A stretch of 41,976 bases of DNA from positions 1 to 41,976 of the forward strand of contig JAAYPY010000005.1 in NCBI GenBank assembly GCA_012519555.1. The letters run 5' to 3'. The translations under genes were made by a program, and so were the position numbers. Below, piece by piece: positions 37,657 through 41,976 of the stretch (its first letter is position 1; every line of letters begins with the position of its first letter). Below the pieces are notes generated by a model. The model was not told the DNA's origin and did not search any database. It saw only the letters and a list, made by a program, of their open reading frames with translations. The DNA is from Tissierellia bacterium. GTDB taxonomy: Bacteria; Bacillota; Clostridia; Tissierellales; Sedimentibacteraceae.

Positions 37657-38514
37657 ATGGACAGATATGAAGAAATAGAAAGAAGCATTATAAAAAAATA
37701 CAGAAAATTAATATGGGCAAGATTTATTTCAGCCATAAAGGAATATAAATTAATACAAAACAATGATAAAATAGCAGTATGTATATCGGGCGGCAAGGAT
37801 TCAATGCTTATGGCAAAGTGTATGCAGCATCTTCAAAAATACAGTGAAATTCAATTTGAAACAGAATATTTGGTAATGGATCCGGGATATAATGAAGCTA
37901 ACAAAAAACGCATTATTGAAAATGCAGAAATTTTAAATATACCCATTAAGATTTTCAAAACACCTATATTTGAAATAGTAGATAAGGTTGATGAAACACC
38001 ATGCTATCTGTGCGCCAGAATGCGCAGAGGCTATTTGTACAGAAATGCAAGAGAATTAGGCTGCAATAAAATTGCATTAGGTCATCATTTTGATGATGTA
38101 ATTGAAACAGTGCTTATGAGCATGCTCTATGCTGCAGAAATAAAAACAATGATGCCTAAACTACACAGTACAAATCATGATGGTATGGAGCTTATAAGAC
38201 CAATGTATAAAGTTAGGGAGGAGGATATAATTGCATGGAAAAGATATAATAATCTGCAGTTTATCCAATGTGCCTGTCTTATTACCGAAAAAATACAAAC
38301 TGAGGGCACAGGCTCTAAAAGACAGGAAATGAAAAATTTAATTAAAAAATTAAAACAAATTAACCCTAATATAGATACAAATATATTCAGAAGCATACAC
38401 AATGTAAATTTAAATACAATTATCGGCTATAGAAAGGACAATTTATACCATAATTTTCTTGATACTTATGATAAAATGAATACTGATAATGAAGCGAATA
38501 TTTGTAATATTTAA
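37657..38514 (+). CDS. TtcA-family PP-loop tRNA thiolation protein
   Basis: SGGKDS, MDPG, PCYLCARMRRG, KIALGHHFDD, MMPKL, IRPM. Confidence 0.85.
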   Translation: MDRYEEIERSIIKKYRKLIWARFISAIKEYKLIQNNDKIAVCISGGKDSMLMAKCMQHLQKYSEIQFETEYLVMDPGYNEANKKRIIENAEILNIPIKIFKTPIFEIVDKVDETPCYLCARMRRGYLYRNARELGCNKIALGHHFDDVIETVLMSMLYAAEIKTMMPKLHSTNHDGMELIRPMYKVREEDIIAWKRYNNLQFIQCACLITEKIQTEGTGSKRQEMKNLIKKLKQINPNIDTNIFRSIHNVNLNTIIGYRKDNLYHNFLDTYDKMNTDNEANICNI

Positions 38515-38575
38515 AAAAGAGTAAACTCTTATTGATGAAATATTTAGCATCACATATTTAAATGGAGGGATTTTT

Positions 38576-39643
38576 TTGGCTAGAGGCGGAGGTTCTAGAG
38601 GCAGAAGCGGCGGTGGTTCTTTTGGCGGAAGCAGAGGAGGCGGTGGACGAAGCGGTGGTTTCGGCGGCGGACTTTCATTAGGAGGTCGCGGCGGTTCATT
38701 CGGCGGTTCAAGCGGGAGAAGCGGCGGTTCATTCGGTGGTTCAGGCGGCGGTGGATTCTTTGGCGGCAACAGAAATACAGGTCCAAGCTTTCGTCCTGTA
38801 TTTAGCCCAATTATTCCGATGGGTGGCGGCTTTGGAGGAGGATACAGACCTAAAAGGTCATCAGGTGGCGGAGGCTGCGGATGCATTACCTTAATTGTTG
38901 TTTTATTTTTGATTGCTTTTATTTTTATTGTTATTTTTTCAATATGGGGCTCCATGGATTCAAGCAGCGGCAACAAGATTACAGTATCATCCATAGAAAG
39001 GGTTCCTTTGCTGCCCGGCTCAGTAAATGAAACGGACTACTACACTGATGAAATAGGATGGATAGTCAATGAATCAAAGTTAGTTGACGGCTTAAAGCAT
39101 TTTTACAAAGAAACCGGAGTACAGCCATACTTATATTTAACTGACAATATTAACGGCTCATATTATCCGACGCAAAATGATATTGAATCATTTGCAAGCA
39201 GTTTATATGATGAGCTGTTTACTGACGAAGCTCATTTGCTTTTGGTATTTTTTGAGTATGAAGGAATGTACATGGATTGGTATATTGCCGGTACTCAGGC
39301 AAAAAGTGTAATTGACACTGAAGCCGGTAATATTTTGCTGGATTATATAGACAGATATTACTATGATGATAATTTAAGCGATGAAGAATTTTTCAGCAAG
39401 TCTTTTAAAGATGCAGCTGATAGAATTATGACTGTTACTCGGTCACCATGGATCACGGTCTTTATTGTATTTGGTCTAGTTATTTTAGTTATTGTACTTT
39501 TCATTTGGTGGAAAAAACACAAAGAGCAAAAAAATTTGGAAGCTAAGAGGAGGGAAGAATTGCTCAAAACCCCACTTGACAGATTTGGTGATACAGAAGC
39601 GGAAGACCTGATGAAAAAATATCAGGATGATAATGAAATATAA
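38576..39643 (+). CDS. Membrane protein: N-terminal Gly/Arg-rich tail, TM, TPM-like domain, TM, charged tail
   Basis: TTG start after GGAGG. About 100 aa of RGG/FGG low complexity, TM ITLIVVLFLIAFIFIVIFSIW, domain YYTDEIGWI..FYKETGVQPYL..LLLVF (TPM-like by pattern), TM PWITVFIVFGLVILVIVLFIWW followed by KK. Confidence 0.72.
   Translation: MARGGGSRGRSGGGSFGGSRGGGGRSGGFGGGLSLGGRGGSFGGSSGRSGGSFGGSGGGGFFGGNRNTGPSFRPVFSPIIPMGGGFGGGYRPKRSSGGGGCGCITLIVVLFLIAFIFIVIFSIWGSMDSSSGNKITVSSIERVPLLPGSVNETDYYTDEIGWIVNESKLVDGLKHFYKETGVQPYLYLTDNINGSYYPTQNDIESFASSLYDELFTDEAHLLLVFFEYEGMYMDWYIAGTQAKSVIDTEAGNILLDYIDRYYYDDNLSDEEFFSKSFKDAADRIMTVTRSPWITVFIVFGLVILVIVLFIWWKKHKEQKNLEAKRREELLKTPLDRFGDTEAEDLMKKYQDDNEI
38688..38743 (+). 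repeat. 23-bp direct repeat in the Gly-rich coding region
   Basis: GCGGCGGTTCATTCGG(C/T)GGTTCA at 38688-38710 and 38721-38743. Confidence 0.75.
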
Positions 39644-39676
39644 TCTGCCAACAGGCAGGATAATAAGGAGGATAAA

Positions 39677-40354
39677 ATGGCAATATTAGAAAGATTTGGT
39701 GATATTATCAAAGCGAACATAAATGTTTTGCTGGAAAAAATGGAAGACCCCGAAAAAATGATTGACCAATATTTGGAAGACATGATGAAGGATCTGGCTG
39801 AAGTAAAACAAAGTACGGCGGAAGTTATGGCAGAAGAGACACGGACAAAGAGATTAGTTGATCAAAATGAAGCAGAAGTTGCAAAATATAACGAATTTGC
39901 CAAAAAGGCATTAATGGCAGGCAATGAAGCAGATGCAAGGACCTTCATCAATAAAAAACAAGAATTGGAGAATGTGGGAGCAGGACTTATGACTGCATAT
40001 GCGGCTGCTCATGAAAATGCAATAAAAATGCGACAGATGCACGACAAACTAACCGCTGATATTGAAACCTTAAAAACAAGGCGTCAAGTTATTAAATCTA
40101 AGGTTAAAGTTGCTAAAACACAGGAAACATTAAATGAAGCCACTCAGGCAACAAAAAAAATAGCAGGGGCTAAAAGTGCTTTTGAGCGTATGGAAGATAA
40201 GGCCAGCAGGATGCTTGATGAAGCAAATGCAATGGCAGAGCTTAATATGGAGCCTATAGATGAAGCAAAAGCTTTGGAAGAAAAGTATGCTTCAATGGGC
40301 AATGCATCAGTAGATGATGAGCTCAACAAGCTGAAAGAAGAATTAGGGTTGTAA
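39677..40354 (+). CDS. pspA: PspA/IM30 (ESCRT-III-like) family protein
   Basis: MAILERFGDIIKANIN.LLEKMEDPEKMIDQ, A..GNEADAR, long coiled coil, AFERMEDK, VDDELNKLK. Confidence 0.93.
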   Translation: MAILERFGDIIKANINVLLEKMEDPEKMIDQYLEDMMKDLAEVKQSTAEVMAEETRTKRLVDQNEAEVAKYNEFAKKALMAGNEADARTFINKKQELENVGAGLMTAYAAAHENAIKMRQMHDKLTADIETLKTRRQVIKSKVKVAKTQETLNEATQATKKIAGAKSAFERMEDKASRMLDEANAMAELNMEPIDEAKALEEKYASMGNASVDDELNKLKEELGL

Positions 40355-40368
40355 TAACAAATATTAGC

Positions 40369-40425
40369 ATATCCCCCCTTATTAATAATATATTTAAGTA
40401 ATCATATTATAAGAAGGGGGGATAT
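40369..40425. terminator. Hairpin after pspA that also covers the SD of the next gene
   Basis: ATATCCCCCCTT (40369-40380) / AAGGGGGGATAT (40414-40425), perfect 12-bp arms. Confidence 0.65.
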
Positions 40426-40427
40426 TT

Positions 40428-41976
40428 ATGATAAATTATTTTGACTTGCAAAATTTGATTGATTCAATGTCCGAAGGAGTATTGTTTATAGATAATAAAA
40501 ATAATTATATTGTAAATAGACAGTTTAGAATAATATTTGATATTGTCGGTGAAGACAAACAGGCATTAGCTGAAGCATTGGAAAAATACAAGCTTTTAAA
40601 TTTCACAAATCATGATGGCTACGCTGAAAGCGAAATATCTGTCAACGGTAATAAAGTGACTGTAGAATCATTTTGTTATCATAAATCAAATATTTTTAAG
40701 TTTGATATTATATTATTTAAAGAAGTTACCGAAATTTCTGAAGCATGGAATGAAATAGAAGAATTAAAATTTGCTTTAAGCTCTTTGAAAGACGTGCTTG
40801 ATAATGCTTATCAGGGTTTTGTATTGGTAAATGAAGAGGGTATAATAATTAAATGGAATTATGAAAAACTTTTTGGTATTAAAGAAAAAGATGCATTAGG
40901 CAAACATGTAGAGGATGTAATAGAAAATACACGCCTTCACATTGTTTTAAAAACAGGAAAAAAAGAATTATATGATGTTCAAAGGATTCAAGGACATGAT
41001 ATGATTGCAAGCAGAACCCCTATAATCAGAGGCGGTAAAATTATGGGTGCCGTCGGTACGGTTTTATTTAAGGATATAAAGCAAGTTACAGATTTAGCTA
41101 AAAAACTTAAAGTACTTGAAAGTACAGTTGATAAATATAAAAGTGAAATCAGTAAAATGTATTGTGCCAATTACAGTTTTGACAATATAATTACAAAAAA
41201 TGAGCATATGCTTAAATTGATTGATGAAGCAAAAAAAGCGGCAAATTCCAATTCAACAATATTAATTGAAGGTGAAAGCGGGACAGGCAAAGAATATTTT
41301 GCACATGCAATACATGAAGAAAGCAACAGAAGGCTGGCTCCTTTCATAAGAATAAACTGTGCGGCAATACCTCATGAATTATTAGAATCAGAACTATTCG
41401 GCTACGAAGCAGGTGCCTTTACGGGAGCGAAAAAGGATGGGAAAATAGGAAAGTTGGAGCTTGCAAACGGCGGGACCATATTATTAGATGAAATCAGTTC
41501 AATGCCTATCAGTATGCAGGCTAAATTGTTAAGAGTTTTGGAAGAAAGAGAATTTGAAAGAATTGGCGGTAATACCTCAATAAAAATTGATATTAGACTT
41601 ATTGCCAGTTCTAATGATAATATTGAACAACTTGTTACTAAAGGCAGTTTCAGACATGATTTATATTTCAGGTTAAATGTGGTACGAATTATCATACCGC
41701 CTTTAAGAGACCGGATTGATGATATACCTTGGTTATGCGAAGACATATTGAACAATCAAATCCAAAGTGTCGAGTCAACTCCTAAATCAGTTACAGATAG
41801 GGCTATTTTCGCATTAAAGTTGTATGATTGGCCCGGTAATATCAGAGAGCTTCGAAATATTCTTGAGAGAGCTTCAAATGTATCAATCGGAAACTACATA
41901 GATATTCAGCATTTGCCTGATTTTATCAGTAATAAGCTCACTAATGATGTAATAAAGACGAATAAGCATACGTTAA
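40428..41976 (+). CDS. Sigma-54-dependent enhancer-binding protein with PAS domains, truncated at the window edge and absent from the ORF track
   Basis: Manual translation from ATG 40428 (MINYFDLQNLIDSMSEGVLFID...) stays open to the window end. PAS segment LDNAYQGFVLVNEEG..LGKHVEDVIENTRL, Walker A GESGTGKE, NCAAIP, ESELFGYEAGAFTGA, LLDEI, FRHDLYFRLNV, YDWPGNIREL. Confidence 0.93.
   Translation, partial: MINYFDLQNLIDSMSEGVLFIDNKNNYIVNRQFRIIFDIVGEDKQALAEALEKYKLLNFTNHDGYAESEISVNGNKVTVESFCYHKSNIFKFDIILFKEVTEISEAWNEIEELKFALSSLKDVLDNAYQGFVLVNEEGIIIKWNYEKLFGIKEKDALGKHVEDVIENTRLHIVLKTGKKELYDVQRIQGHDMIASRTPIIRGGKIMGAVGTVLFKDIKQVTDLAKKLKVLESTVDKYKSEISKMYCANYSFDNIITKNEHMLKLIDEAKKAANSNSTILIEGESGTGKEYFAHAIHEESNRRLAPFIRINCAAIPHELLESELFGYEAGAFTGAKKDGKIGKLELANGGTILLDEISSMPISMQAKLLRVLEEREFERIGGNTSIKIDIRLIASSNDNIEQLVTKGSFRHDLYFRLNVVRIIIPPLRDRIDDIPWLCEDILNNQIQSVESTPKSVTDRAIFALKLYDWPGNIRELRNILERASNVSIGNYIDIQHLPDFISNKLTNDVIKTNKHTL

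Noticed and set aside
38515-38575. Sigma-54 or ECF promoter for the pspA unit
   Set aside because: There is no GG-N10-GC site, and GTAAAC has no correctly spaced CGT -10 element.
38443-38994. 183-aa proline-rich ORF on the minus strand
   Set aside because: Antisense shadow of the GGN glycine codons of the + strand gene, which has the SD and operon context.
20-41755. Numerous 60-130 aa ORFs antisense to or nested in long genes (for example 422-652, 861-1151, 25167-25556, 37530-37796, 41402-41755)
   Set aside because: They overlap well-supported genes, have no recognisable motifs, and look like shadow frames.

Overview
Low-GC chromosomal segment from an anaerobic, probably spore-forming, amino-acid-fermenting Firmicute (Clostridia/Tissierellia-like; the taxon is an inference). 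Almost all genes lie on the + strand. In order: T-box-controlled leuS; a second T-box with a probable Phe (UUC) specifier in front of an orphan ABC substrate-binding lipoprotein; a DUF4397-like protein; an aspartate racemase; the conserved purR-spoVG-glmU-pth-mfd-prsA-spoVT block with prs absent; a beta-CASP metallo-hydrolase followed by iorA-iorB-buk; a purL(fused)-purE-purF-purM-purN-purH-purD operon lacking purC/purB/purK; a LysM-GH18 spore hydrolase; an NhaC-family transporter; two half-size permeases; methionine gamma-lyase; ferredoxin; a BadF-type sugar kinase; AIM24/TIGR00266; a TtcA-like protein; a Gly/Arg-rich membrane protein with pspA; and a PAS-domain sigma-54 activator that runs off the window and is missing from the ORF track. 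I found no CRISPR array, rRNA, tRNA, prophage or transposase. The window is mostly housekeeping. The best candidates for something undescribed are the minimal PspA module with an N-terminal RGG/FGG-rich partner, the beta-CASP-iorAB-buk operon, a possible methionine catabolic cluster, the Phe T-box orphan binding protein, and several dispersed REP-like intergenic repeats. All product calls come from motif recognition, not database searches.
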